Under the pieces are notes generated by a model. It searched no databases. It was not told the DNA's origin and was given only the letters and a program-made list of their open reading frames with translations. Below are positions 40,135-49,433 of a DNA stretch of 64,000 nt, in pieces. This DNA is from Promethearchaeota archaeon. Its GTDB lineage: Archaea; Asgardarchaeota; Lokiarchaeia; Sigyniarchaeales; SOKP01. The translations under genes were made by a program, and so were the position numbers. The stretch covers positions 69,782 to 133,781 of the forward strand of contig JAUVNS010000013.1 of the NCBI GenBank assembly GCA_030599585.1, written 5' to 3'. Each line of letters starts with the position of its first letter. Positions within the stretch are counted from its first letter, which is position 1.

Positions 40135-41127
40135 ATGGACTATTCCGATTTAATCCAAAAACTACTTGATGGAAATGTTCGAGCTGCGGCGAGGCTAATA
40201 ACTTTAGTTGAAAACGATGCTGAAGCCTCTGAGAAGATTATTAACGCAATTTATAGTCATACAGGAAATGCTTATATTTTAGGGATAACTGGAGCACCAG
40301 GAAGCGGTAAATCTACTTTTATTTCCACTTTAACCAAGCATTATGCCAAACTTGGATTGAAAATCGGAATTATCTGCGTAGATCCTACAAGCCCTCTGAC
40401 TGGAGGCGCCATATTAGGGGATAGAATACGGATGAAAGACAACTTTTCTCTTAAAAATGTATTTATTCGAAGTATGGCCAATAGGGGACAGCTCGGAGGA
40501 TTAGCTAGAGCAACGGAAGATACTGTTAAAATATTAGATGCTTACGGATGCGATATAATAATCGTAGAAACCGTAGGTGTTGGACAATCAGAGGTAGATA
40601 TCTTTAGATCGGCTCAGACGGTAGTTGTTCTTTTAGTACCTGGGTTAGGAGACGATATTCAGGCTATTAAAGCCGGAATTATGGAAATTACCGATATTTT
40701 TGTTGTAAACAAAATGGATTTATCTGGGGCAGATAAAAAGATTGCAGATATCACGCAAATGTTAGAATTAGGAATGAATTATAAATACGAATCTGAAAAA
40801 GATGATGAAAATATCTCACTAAAATCTAAATGGACCCCAGAAATTGTTAAGGTTAATTCAAGAACAGGTGAAAACTTTGAAAATCTTATTGAGCTGATCA
40901 ATAAACATAGAGATTTTTTATCGAAGTCTGGTGTTATGGCAAACTATCAGAAAAATAGGATTAAAAGCGAAACGCTTCAGATATTAAAACATAAAATCAC
41001 GAAAAAGGTAGAAGGCTTAATTAGTTCCAATCCTACAATTGACGAATATATAAGGTTAGTTATGGATAAAAGCTTGGATCCCTATTCCATGGCAAATTTA
41101 ATCATTAAACTATTAGGATTAGAATGA
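40135..41127 (+). CDS. meaB: Mutase-associated GTPase MeaB
   Basis: GITGAPGSGKS, DPTSP..GGAILGDRIRM, VETVGVGQSE, NKMD. Confidence 0.95.
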   Translation: MDYSDLIQKLLDGNVRAAARLITLVENDAEASEKIINAIYSHTGNAYILGITGAPGSGKSTFISTLTKHYAKLGLKIGIICVDPTSPLTGGAILGDRIRMKDNFSLKNVFIRSMANRGQLGGLARATEDTVKILDAYGCDIIIVETVGVGQSEVDIFRSAQTVVVLLVPGLGDDIQAIKAGIMEITDIFVVNKMDLSGADKKIADITQMLELGMNYKYESEKDDENISLKSKWTPEIVKVNSRTGENFENLIELINKHRDFLSKSGVMANYQKNRIKSETLQILKHKITKKVEGLISSNPTIDEYIRLVMDKSLDPYSMANLIIKLLGLE

Positions 41128-41217
41128 GAAGCACCTAGTATAGAAGGAAAAAAAGATACTAGATTTAATTTTAATCGTCTCTTAGATATATTAAATATTA
41201 AAAGGATAGTCTTAAAA

Positions 41218-41856
41218 ATGAAAAATATAACTCTTTCAAGGAATACGATTTTAATTTACCGTATACTATTTGCTGGACTAAGTTGGTTTACTATAATAAC
41301 TGGCGCAGTTTTACATGTTCTAACGGGTGGTTCACTTCTCGAGTGGTTTAATAGCTTTAAATCATTCACTATGCAAACAAACTTGTTCGTTACTGTATGG
41401 TTTACATTAGCAATTATATGGCATAATAAACCAGAAATTCTTAAAAAAATCTCAGGACTTCTCAAAGGTGCTTTTACTGTCTATATCACAATAACATTAA
41501 TTTTCTTTGCGATTCTATTGGCCCCCTTTTATCAACCCACTGGATGGGCAGCATTTAGCAACCTCGTCTTGCATTATATTACTCCAATCGCATTTATAGT
41601 TGATTGGATATTAACTGAAGCTAAATTGAGATATAAATGGAAATACTTGCTCTATTGGGTCTTCACTTATCCAATATGTTATCAAGTGTTTGTTATTATC
41701 CATGGAACTTTTACTGGAAATTATATATATTATTTCTTTGATGTTAACGCACTCGGCATTTTAGGAGTTGCCATATTCATCTCAATTATATTTTTAACAG
41801 GAATAGTTTTAGGAAGCCTATATATTGCTATTAATAGGAAAAGAACAAAAGATTGA
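41218..41856 (+). CDS. Pr6Pr/FAR-17a-like membrane protein
   Basis: 6 TM; FTMQTN, LHYITP..DW, Y.YYFFD. Confidence 0.75.
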   Translation: MKNITLSRNTILIYRILFAGLSWFTIITGAVLHVLTGGSLLEWFNSFKSFTMQTNLFVTVWFTLAIIWHNKPEILKKISGLLKGAFTVYITITLIFFAILLAPFYQPTGWAAFSNLVLHYITPIAFIVDWILTEAKLRYKWKYLLYWVFTYPICYQVFVIIHGTFTGNYIYYFFDVNALGILGVAIFISIIFLTGIVLGSLYIAINRKRTKD

Positions 41857-41915
41857 AAATTAAATAAATAACATCCTTTTTTTCTATACTAAAACGTTTC
41901 GAGTGGTTTGAAAAC

Positions 41916-42167
41916 TTATTTTTTCTTAGGATCAATCCATTCAGAATAAATCTCTTCAACAGCAAGAACTTTATTGCGATGACATTCTTTGCATTCTTCG
42001 TCGTCTATTTTTTTAAAAATATAGTCGCCTTCCTTAAATTCTCGAGAATACTTAGTACTACATTCTTTACATTTTAGAACTGTCGTCTTCTTTAGTATAA
42101 AGCGCTTTTTTCGATCGAGGATATCTCCTAGATCAGGTAAACTTGGGAATGAAGGTTCTTCAGCCAT
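41916..42167 (-). CDS. Small archaeal zinc-ribbon protein
   Basis: CKEC...REFKEGDYIF...CKEC...IYSE. Confidence 0.7.
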   Translation of the reverse strand: MAEEPSFPSLPDLGDILDRKKRFILKKTTVLKCKECSTKYSREFKEGDYIFKKIDDEECKECHRNKVLAVEEIYSEWIDPKKK

Positions 42168-42358
42168 TTTTATAACTCTAAGTATATTTAATATTTGTTT
42201 TATTAAGAGGTTTACAACTAATAACTTTTTAGGTTTACAATTAGAAGTTAAGACGATTAGTTATGCTTAAAAAAATTGATAAAAAAATTTTACTTAATTG
42301 TATAACACTTAAAAATGATGTTTGGTTATTGATGAATGAAATCTAACACAAAAAATGA

Positions 42359-42413
42359 TTTACCGTTCGCATTTTCCCATTCCTAGATAGGTTAAGGAGA
42401 AGGCGATGGTAAA
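42359..42413 (+). promoter_or_regulatory. Long imperfect hairpin in the 5' leader of the secreted-protein gene
   Basis: tttaccgttcgc pairs with gcgatggtaaa, ttttcc with ggagaa, cct with agg. Confidence 0.45.
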
Positions 42414-42425
42414 AAAAGTTAATAG

Positions 42426-43097
42426 GTGAAAATTATAATGAAAACGAAATTGAAAGTGACCACGGTACTATTAGCGTCATTATTTCTGGTAAGCATCATA
42501 GCAGGTTCGACACCAGCAATAGCCGCTAAACCTGAACCCACATTAATGATCAACATATTGGCGAATGGGGATGATCAGGATATTCCGCCATATGAATCTG
42601 AAGACGGCATTTATAGAGCTACTACTTTAATAGTAGGAAAGATTAGATTTGATAAGGTCAGCGGTGTACTTCTGGGACAAGTAGAATTCCATATAAAAAT
42701 CTATGAAATTGAATCAGGTGAGAAAGTCTATACGATTAAGGGAAAGCTCAAAGATGGGGCAGTTGAGATGATTCCATATTGGCCCTGCGATGTGCGGGAT
42801 GTCATATGGACTAATGTCTGGCTTGTTCAAGGGTTAGGAATGGTTAAAACTACAGATATAGATATCGAGAATTTTGAATATCGAGGGAAAACAATAACCT
42901 TGCCTAATACAGGAGGTGAATACATCCCGTTACCCATTGCTATGATGGTGAACCCTAGTGGTGAGTATATTGGAGGAGTTTGGGAAGACGGACCATGGGC
43001 TTATGCTGGAGTTGTGATTGGTATGGTTAATGGAAACCCGGAATTTTTCGGTGGGGTAACCAACTTGATAAATTATATGGAAAAATGGGTTCCATAA
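42426..43097 (+). CDS. Hypothetical secreted beta-rich protein
   Basis: Signal peptide MKTKLK-hydrophobic-PAIAA. Confidence 0.75.
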   Translation: MKIIMKTKLKVTTVLLASLFLVSIIAGSTPAIAAKPEPTLMINILANGDDQDIPPYESEDGIYRATTLIVGKIRFDKVSGVLLGQVEFHIKIYEIESGEKVYTIKGKLKDGAVEMIPYWPCDVRDVIWTNVWLVQGLGMVKTTDIDIENFEYRGKTITLPNTGGEYIPLPIAMMVNPSGEYIGGVWEDGPWAYAGVVIGMVNGNPEFFGGVTNLINYMEKWVP

Positions 43098-43118
43098 CAA
43101 CATCAAACTTAATAGTTA

Positions 43119-43149
43119 AGAGGTATTTCTAACACCTCTCTTTTTTTTT
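43119..43149 (+). terminator. Hairpin + T-tract terminator
   Basis: agaggt-loop-acctct followed by c and T9, 22 bp after the stop codon. Confidence 0.6.
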
Positions 43150-43342
43150 AAAAACATCTCAACACATAATAAATAATAGCCTTAAGCTTAAGCTTTCTAT
43201 TTTGAAATTTGTATCGTACTACAAATCTAAACAGGTATCTTCGGTGAATTAAGTTTAAAAATCCTAGCCTAATTCAATTTGCATTTGATACTACTAAAAT
43301 AAGAAACAATTTCCGTTTATCCATAGAAATCAACTCAATGTG

Positions 43343-43897
43343 TTATGAATCGAGACCAAAAGCAATATTAATGCTTTTTATATTAAATATAGTTGTATCG
43401 TACATTATGTACTTTGTATCTGTCAACTTTAATTGAGGTTCAATCTTTTCGAGAAATTTACCTTTTAGGTTTCTATCATCTGGAATATAATCAGGATCTG
43501 TTTTATGAAAGAGGAAAATAACTTTAGCATCTGGGCTGTATTTTTTAATCAAATTAAAGATACCTCTAAAGTACATTACCGAAGAAAAAAGCCTGTAGTA
43601 ATCTTGAATATCTACTACATAATAGAAGAATGAGATTGTGTGAAAATATTTTTCGGGGTTCGATAAGTATTCATTACGATATGCTTCCTGCCCACCAAGA
43701 TCCCAAACTTTGGTTTCCTTCTGAAAAAACATTATAGTGCTTCTTTCCACACCTTTAGTAGGGTTCATACTGGGTGGTTTATGAGGTGTTTCTTTAATTT
43801 TATCTGTAAGAACATCTAAAATTGTGGTTTTTCCAGCATTTTCCATACCTATAATTACCAGTTTTATTGGTTTTTCTTCATTTTCCCCATATTCCAT
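43343..43897 (-). CDS. Small GTPase (Arf/Rag-like, G domain only)
   Basis: GMENAGKTT, NPTKG, WDLGGQ, HKTD. Confidence 0.9.
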   Translation of the reverse strand: MEYGENEEKPIKLVIIGMENAGKTTILDVLTDKIKETPHKPPSMNPTKGVERSTIMFFQKETKVWDLGGQEAYRNEYLSNPEKYFHTISFFYYVVDIQDYYRLFSSVMYFRGIFNLIKKYSPDAKVIFLFHKTDPDYIPDDRNLKGKFLEKIEPQLKLTDTKYIMYDTTIFNIKSINIAFGLDS

Positions 43898-43963
43898 TAA
43901 TTATTTCATCTCTTTTTTTACTGTTTACATTTTTCAAATAACCATTGTAAGTAAATATTTTAT

Positions 43964-44827
43964 TTAAATTGATGTCTTTAAGAGAATATCAGATATTTTT
44001 TTCCAAAACTCTTTTATATCCCATTTCCCTTGCTTTTTAACCGTAGAAGATAGTGTCATAAAGATTTGTTTTATTTTCAATGATTGGAAATATGTAATCT
44101 TTGCTGCAATCAGTGAAAACATGTAATTTCTTCTACCCCCTCTATAAGAATCATCTGGATTTGAATCAAAAAACACATAAGCCATTATATTAACATTTTT
44201 TATATTTATTAAAAGCCCCTCGGCATTTAATATGTGATCCTGGCCATACATAGCTATTGATCCATCGAAAAGTTGTTCGTTAACAGTGCTGAGTGAAAAA
44301 TCTAATTCAATATCATTAGGGAAATATCTTATTAATTTTGGTCCTATTATATCATCCCATTGTACTTCAGCTAATATTATTAGATCCTTACGTTCTTCAG
44401 GAATAGATTTTTTTTCGATATCATATGAAGAATAAACCTCGTTAATGGTCTTGTTGCGTTTAATTTTGCCAAAAACTATTGCCAAGAAATCTTCTTCATT
44501 AATTGGTTTAGTAAGATAATCATCTACTCCCAACATTTTTCCCAATCGAATATCTTCTGGAGAATCAAGAGCAGATAAAAAGATGAAAGGTACATGATAG
44601 CAATCTGGATTTCGTGAAACAGCATCAAAAAAGTCATACCCATTCATTTCTGGCATCATTATATCGCTAATAATAAGATCAGGGCAATTTTTTAGCTCTA
44701 ATAGAACTTTTAGTCCCTCTCTTCCGTGTTTTGCTGTGATAACTTGGCATCCGTTGTATTCTAATGTCATTTTAAGATATTTTAAGATATTTGGATCATC
44801 TTCAACTAGTAGTATTAGGGGTTCCAT
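43964..44827 (-). CDS. Response regulator: receiver domain fused to a longin/uDENN-like domain
   Basis: REC: LLVEDD, DLIISDIMMP, FLSA, YLTKP; C-terminal WDDIIGPKLIRYFP ... DDSYRGG. Confidence 0.85.
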   Translation of the reverse strand: MEPLILLVEDDPNILKYLKMTLEYNGCQVITAKHGREGLKVLLELKNCPDLIISDIMMPEMNGYDFFDAVSRNPDCYHVPFIFLSALDSPEDIRLGKMLGVDDYLTKPINEEDFLAIVFGKIKRNKTINEVYSSYDIEKKSIPEERKDLIILAEVQWDDIIGPKLIRYFPNDIELDFSLSTVNEQLFDGSIAMYGQDHILNAEGLLINIKNVNIMAYVFFDSNPDDSYRGGRRNYMFSLIAAKITYFQSLKIKQIFMTLSSTVKKQGKWDIKEFWKKISDILLKTSI

Positions 44828-44914
44828 TTTATCTCCCTCATGAATAATATTGATATGTATGTCTTTATTAAATTTAAATGTAACAATGTTTGATAGTAAT
44901 GAGAGGATGAAAAT

Positions 44915-46591
44915 ATGGCATGTTCTAGTGGAATGGTAATGATTTGGGATCCCTTTGAACGAATGTTATGGGGATGCGCGTTTACAATTGCAGTAATGTG
45001 TGGAATTTATTTCATACACATAGCTAGAAAAAGAGAAGTCTTTAATGAAAGAATCATCATGTTAGGACTCGCAAGTTTACTCCTCGGTTTTACATTTAGT
45101 TTATTATTTACTTATTTTAAAGTTTTTCAAGTTCCAGGAATCTTTAGTAACAGTACATATACATTTTGCGGAGCCTATAATGATGATACGCTACTATATG
45201 AAGTTCTTGGCAGACTAAGTTATATCTCACTTGGAATTGGAGGAATGTTGTTTGTATTAGCTTTTGAAATTATTAAAAAAAAAAAAAAAACTAAGTATCT
45301 TCTCACTATTAGTTTCTTAATAGTAATTATTTTATTAGGTATCCCAATAGATTTTGATTTAACGAGAAACATATTTAATTACATATTACTAATGGGATTA
45401 GTTATTTTAGTTCCACTAATCTTATTTCTTTATACAAAATGGTCTCATCTTGAGTTCAAGGCTGTTTCTTCCTTCCTATTACTCGGTTTTCTATTATTCA
45501 TGAATTCTTTAATTCTAGCAGAGAGAGCCCATAAAACGCTCAATACATTCCCATTATTCTTAAGCCCATTTATATTTATTTTAGGATGTTGTATTATTAT
45601 ATTGCCTATAATTATAAATCCGAAAGTAGTTTCTCGACCTTTAGTTTATTGGATAATGTTCGCAATTTTAGCTTTTCCCCTCTTCATTATTATGTTAGTC
45701 GTTGATATATTTATTGGAGTACCAGCCCCTGGATTTAATACGGGGTTTGCCATTGAAATCCTCATCGCGTTTGTGTTTATATTCATTATATTTTTTTTTA
45801 TAATCAGAGACATAAGATCTGAAATGATTCCAGTGAGTCAAGAAACGAAAATAGGCGATGAGGAAAAAAAAACTGACTTTTTAGCAATGTTCACAAGACC
45901 ACAACAAGTTAGTTTTTTGGCAAGTATGAGCCATGAATTAAGAACTCCATTAACTTCAATAATAGGGTTTACAAATATGATATTGAAAGGTAGAGCAGGG
46001 GATATAAACGAAGAACAAGAGAATCAACTTAATATTATACTAAATAGTGCAAATTATTTACACGAATTGATAAATGATATCCTAGATATAACGAAAATAG
46101 AAGTTAAGAAATTAGAAATAAGAAAAGATTCATTTGATCTCGTAGAAGAGCTATTAAAACTGAAAGAAACGTTTGGTATAGCTGTTAATGAGAAGGGGCT
46201 TGAATTTTTCATTGATTCTCCTGAGACATTAATAATTGACAATGATAAAAAACGAATAAATCAAATTTTAATAAATCTAATTGGAAACGCAATAAAATTC
46301 ACAGATAAAGGAAAAATTTCTATAAAAGTCAAAAGAAAAAATGAAATGGTTAAAATTTCAGTGAAAGATACGGGTCCAGGAATAAGGGAAGAAGATTTGA
46401 AAAAATTGTTCAAACCGTTTAGTCAGATTATCGAGCCAGGGAAAACTAAAGAAGGAAGTGGATTGGGACTTCATCTTTCAAAGAAATTAGCAAATTTACT
46501 TGGAGGAGATATTTCGGTAAAAAGTAAATTTGGGAAAGGAACTACTTTCAAATTGACACTAGAATTGAAAGAAGAAGAGATTCCTTATTGA
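44915..46591 (+). CDS. Multi-pass membrane sensor histidine kinase
   Basis: ~9-10 TM; H box SHELRTPL, N box NLIGNAIKFT, G1 DTGPGI, F box LFKPF, G2 GSGLGL. Confidence 0.95.
   Translation: MACSSGMVMIWDPFERMLWGCAFTIAVMCGIYFIHIARKREVFNERIIMLGLASLLLGFTFSLLFTYFKVFQVPGIFSNSTYTFCGAYNDDTLLYEVLGRLSYISLGIGGMLFVLAFEIIKKKKKTKYLLTISFLIVIILLGIPIDFDLTRNIFNYILLMGLVILVPLILFLYTKWSHLEFKAVSSFLLLGFLLFMNSLILAERAHKTLNTFPLFLSPFIFILGCCIIILPIIINPKVVSRPLVYWIMFAILAFPLFIIMLVVDIFIGVPAPGFNTGFAIEILIAFVFIFIIFFFIIRDIRSEMIPVSQETKIGDEEKKTDFLAMFTRPQQVSFLASMSHELRTPLTSIIGFTNMILKGRAGDINEEQENQLNIILNSANYLHELINDILDITKIEVKKLEIRKDSFDLVEELLKLKETFGIAVNEKGLEFFIDSPETLIIDNDKKRINQILINLIGNAIKFTDKGKISIKVKRKNEMVKISVKDTGPGIREEDLKKLFKPFSQIIEPGKTKEGSGLGLHLSKKLANLLGGDISVKSKFGKGTTFKLTLELKEEEIPY
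45275..45290 (+). repeat. A16 homopolymer within the kinase CDS
   Basis: 16 consecutive A, in frame (KKKKK-T). Confidence 0.9.
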
Positions 46592-47118
46592 AAAAACTCA
46601 AATTCCTTTGCTTTTTTAAGCTCAGAAAACCATTGTAAGACATCATTATGATGAGCTACGATTTGTGATGCCTTTAAAACTTCGGAATCTAGTGTACTAT
46701 GAGCATCTTGAATTAATATTACATTGTAACCGTGACTAACTGCAGACCTAACAGTAGTATCTATACACATAGGTGTTGCTAAACCTGCGATGACTAAACG
46801 AGTAATATCACGCTTATGTAGTTCCTCATCCAAATTTGTACCCAAAAATGAATCTGAATTATATTTTTGAATGATTATATCTCCAAATCTCGGTGTTATT
46901 TCGGAACGAATTTTCCAATTTTCAGTACCATTTTCTAATCTTTTACCTTTAGGATCATTATGTTGGATATAAAATATCGGTACTTTTACTTTCCGAGCTT
47001 TGTCTAAAAGAGTCTGTATGTTTTTAATTAGTTGTTCCTCTTGAAATATAGGAAAATCCTTAATGTTAAATAATCCAATCTGGACATCTATAATCAATAA
47101 AGCTGTTGGTTCATTCAT
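46585..47118 (-). CDS. Isochorismatase family cysteine hydrolase
   Basis: ALLIIDVQ, K..SDSF.GT, GLATPMCIDTT. Confidence 0.92.
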   Translation of the reverse strand: MNEPTALLIIDVQIGLFNIKDFPIFQEEQLIKNIQTLLDKARKVKVPIFYIQHNDPKGKRLENGTENWKIRSEITPRFGDIIIQKYNSDSFLGTNLDEELHKRDITRLVIAGLATPMCIDTTVRSAVSHGYNVILIQDAHSTLDSEVLKASQIVAHHNDVLQWFSELKKAKEFEFFQ

Positions 47119-47446
47119 ACTTATTTAAGACGATTATTTATGCTTAATAAATTTTTATAAATAAATGTTCCAGAAAAGGTTCAAATTGAAATTTTTTACT
47201 CAAATATGTTTATATTTACAATTTATACCTTATTTTTAGTCTCTTTTTTAACTACATTAACCGAAATTTCAGTGTAAGCCCCCATTAATTCCACTATAAA
47301 TATAAATGAAATGTACTTCATGACTTTCTCTGAATTAATAAAGATTTAAATAGAATACTATCTAAATGTAAATCTGTAATCATGAATCTATACTTTTTAG
47401 TTAAAATAATATCTTAATCCAGAATAAAGTATGGAAGGAAAAGAAA

Positions 47447-48400
47447 ATGGGTATGTTAGATGGTAAAGTCGCAATTGTAACTGGCGCTGGGAGAGGTTTA
47501 GGTAGAGAAGAGGCTATAGCCATGGCAAGAGAAGGTTGTAATCTGATTATTAATGATTTGGGGGGTAATTTTGACGGAACAATACTAGGAATTGAGACTA
47601 AAGTTGCTGATGAAGTTGTAGATGAATGTAAAAAGTTAGGAGTCAAAGCAATAGCTAATTACGATTCAGTTACAGATTTTAATAAGGCAAAGGGAATGAT
47701 TGACCAAGCAATCGCAGAATTTGGAAAGTTGGATATTTTAATTAACAACGCAGGAATTCTGAGGGATAGAATGATTTTTAATATGACAGAGGCAGATTAT
47801 ACTAGCGTTTTTGACGTTCACATGAGAGGCACTTTTAATATGACTAGACATGCTGCGGCGTATTTTAGAAAGGAATATAAGAACGATAAGGAGAAAGGAA
47901 ATTTCGGAAGAATAATAAATACAGCCGATGATGCTGGCTTATTAGGAAATAGAGGACAATCAAATTACGGAGCAGCTAAAGCTGGAGTTGCATCTTTCAC
48001 CTTGACAACAGCATTAGAGTTAAAGAAATACGCAACGGTAAATTGTGTTGTTCCAAGAGCTAGAACAAGACTTACTACCGATGCCACGCCAAAGATTGCT
48101 GGAATTATGAGTGCCAAAGCGAAATCTGGACTAGATGTTTTTCATCCTTCACATAGCGCACCTTTAATTATTTTTTTAGTTTCTGATCATGCAAGAAATA
48201 TTAACGGAGAGGTTTTTAGAATTGTCGGAGATAGATTGTGGGTTTATCGAGGATGGCATACAGTTAATCGAATCGATAACAATGGCCAAACATTTACACC
48301 GGAAATATTAGTAGAAAGAGTCAATTCAGAATTATTAAAAAATTTACCTCCGAAGCAAATAATTGGCAAGGTAACAAGAGATTTCTTGAAATCTATCTAA
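47447..48400 (+). CDS. SDR family oxidoreductase (MFE-2/FabG-like)
   Basis: TGAGRGLG, NNAGILRD, YGAAK. Confidence 0.92.
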   Translation: MGMLDGKVAIVTGAGRGLGREEAIAMAREGCNLIINDLGGNFDGTILGIETKVADEVVDECKKLGVKAIANYDSVTDFNKAKGMIDQAIAEFGKLDILINNAGILRDRMIFNMTEADYTSVFDVHMRGTFNMTRHAAAYFRKEYKNDKEKGNFGRIINTADDAGLLGNRGQSNYGAAKAGVASFTLTTALELKKYATVNCVVPRARTRLTTDATPKIAGIMSAKAKSGLDVFHPSHSAPLIIFLVSDHARNINGEVFRIVGDRLWVYRGWHTVNRIDNNGQTFTPEILVERVNSELLKNLPPKQIIGKVTRDFLKSI

Positions 48401-49260
48401 ATTTTTTGGTGTTTAATAAAAGTACCTTTGTTGTATTCATCAAACGCTAATCGTAATTCTTCTTCGGTATTCATCACAATCGGACCTCTCCACGCAACAG
48501 GTTCTCCTATTGGCTTACCTGAAATTAAAAGGAATCTAACAGATTTATCTTTTGTTTGAATCAATACCTCATCTCCCTCTCTAAAAATTATAAGGTGCTC
48601 TGCACCAACAATTTCATCCTTAGTTGGATCAAAAGTCGCTTCGCCCTCTATAACGTATGCAAATACATTACGATTATTAATTATTGAGTGCTTAAATTTT
48701 GAATTTGGCTCTATATAGACATCTAAATATTCTGGATCGGTTACGATATCTTGTACAGGACCTTTTACGCCATTTATTTCGCCACAAATTATTTTTACTT
48801 TCACCTTATCATTTAGGACGACTTCTGGAATTTGGTCTTTAGTTATATCACGATATCTTGGATTCATCATTTTATGAGATGCAGGTAGATTTGCCCATAA
48901 TTGAAAACCCGCTAAATAAGGATCATCTTCGTTTTTCTTTGGCATTTCTTGGTGGATAATTCCACTACCGGCAGTCATCCACTGCACATCACCAGCTCCG
49001 ATGACACCACTATTCTTCATGCTATCTCCATGTTCTATTCGACCATGAATCATATAAGTAATCGTTTCAATTCCCCGGTGGGGGTGCCATGGAAATCCAG
49101 CCATGTAATCATTAGGATTGTCTGAGTGAAAATCATCCAAAAGCAAAAATGGATCTAATGTAGGATCAGCATCTCCAAACGCTCGTTTCAACCTAACACC
49201 CGCTCCTTCCATTGTTGGTCTACTTTTTAGAGTTACTCTTACTTCTCGAATTTTTGACAT
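48397..49260 (-). CDS. Pirin family protein
   Basis: DPFLLLD, HPHRGIET, WMTAGSGIIHQE, QLWANLP, GPIVMN. Confidence 0.95.
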   Translation of the reverse strand: MSKIREVRVTLKSRPTMEGAGVRLKRAFGDADPTLDPFLLLDDFHSDNPNDYMAGFPWHPHRGIETITYMIHGRIEHGDSMKNSGVIGAGDVQWMTAGSGIIHQEMPKKNEDDPYLAGFQLWANLPASHKMMNPRYRDITKDQIPEVVLNDKVKVKIICGEINGVKGPVQDIVTDPEYLDVYIEPNSKFKHSIINNRNVFAYVIEGEATFDPTKDEIVGAEHLIIFREGDEVLIQTKDKSVRFLLISGKPIGEPVAWRGPIVMNTEEELRLAFDEYNKGTFIKHQKI

Positions 49261-49433
49261 TATTTATCTCTTTCATTTAGTATTTTTTTGTTGTGCTAAG
49301 TTTACATAACTAAACTCAAGTTATAAAAAGTTTTTATTATAAGTCATAATGCAGACTACTCGTCAGCCTTGAATTTATAAATTAGTGCTTATAAAAAATA
49401 AGATGAGAGGTGATTCTTAAGAAGTTGAAAGTT

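Noticed and set aside
42401-42425. GGCGATGG as a fluoride riboswitch start
   Set aside because: The downstream pairing and conserved 3' elements are absent, and the gene is not fluoride-related
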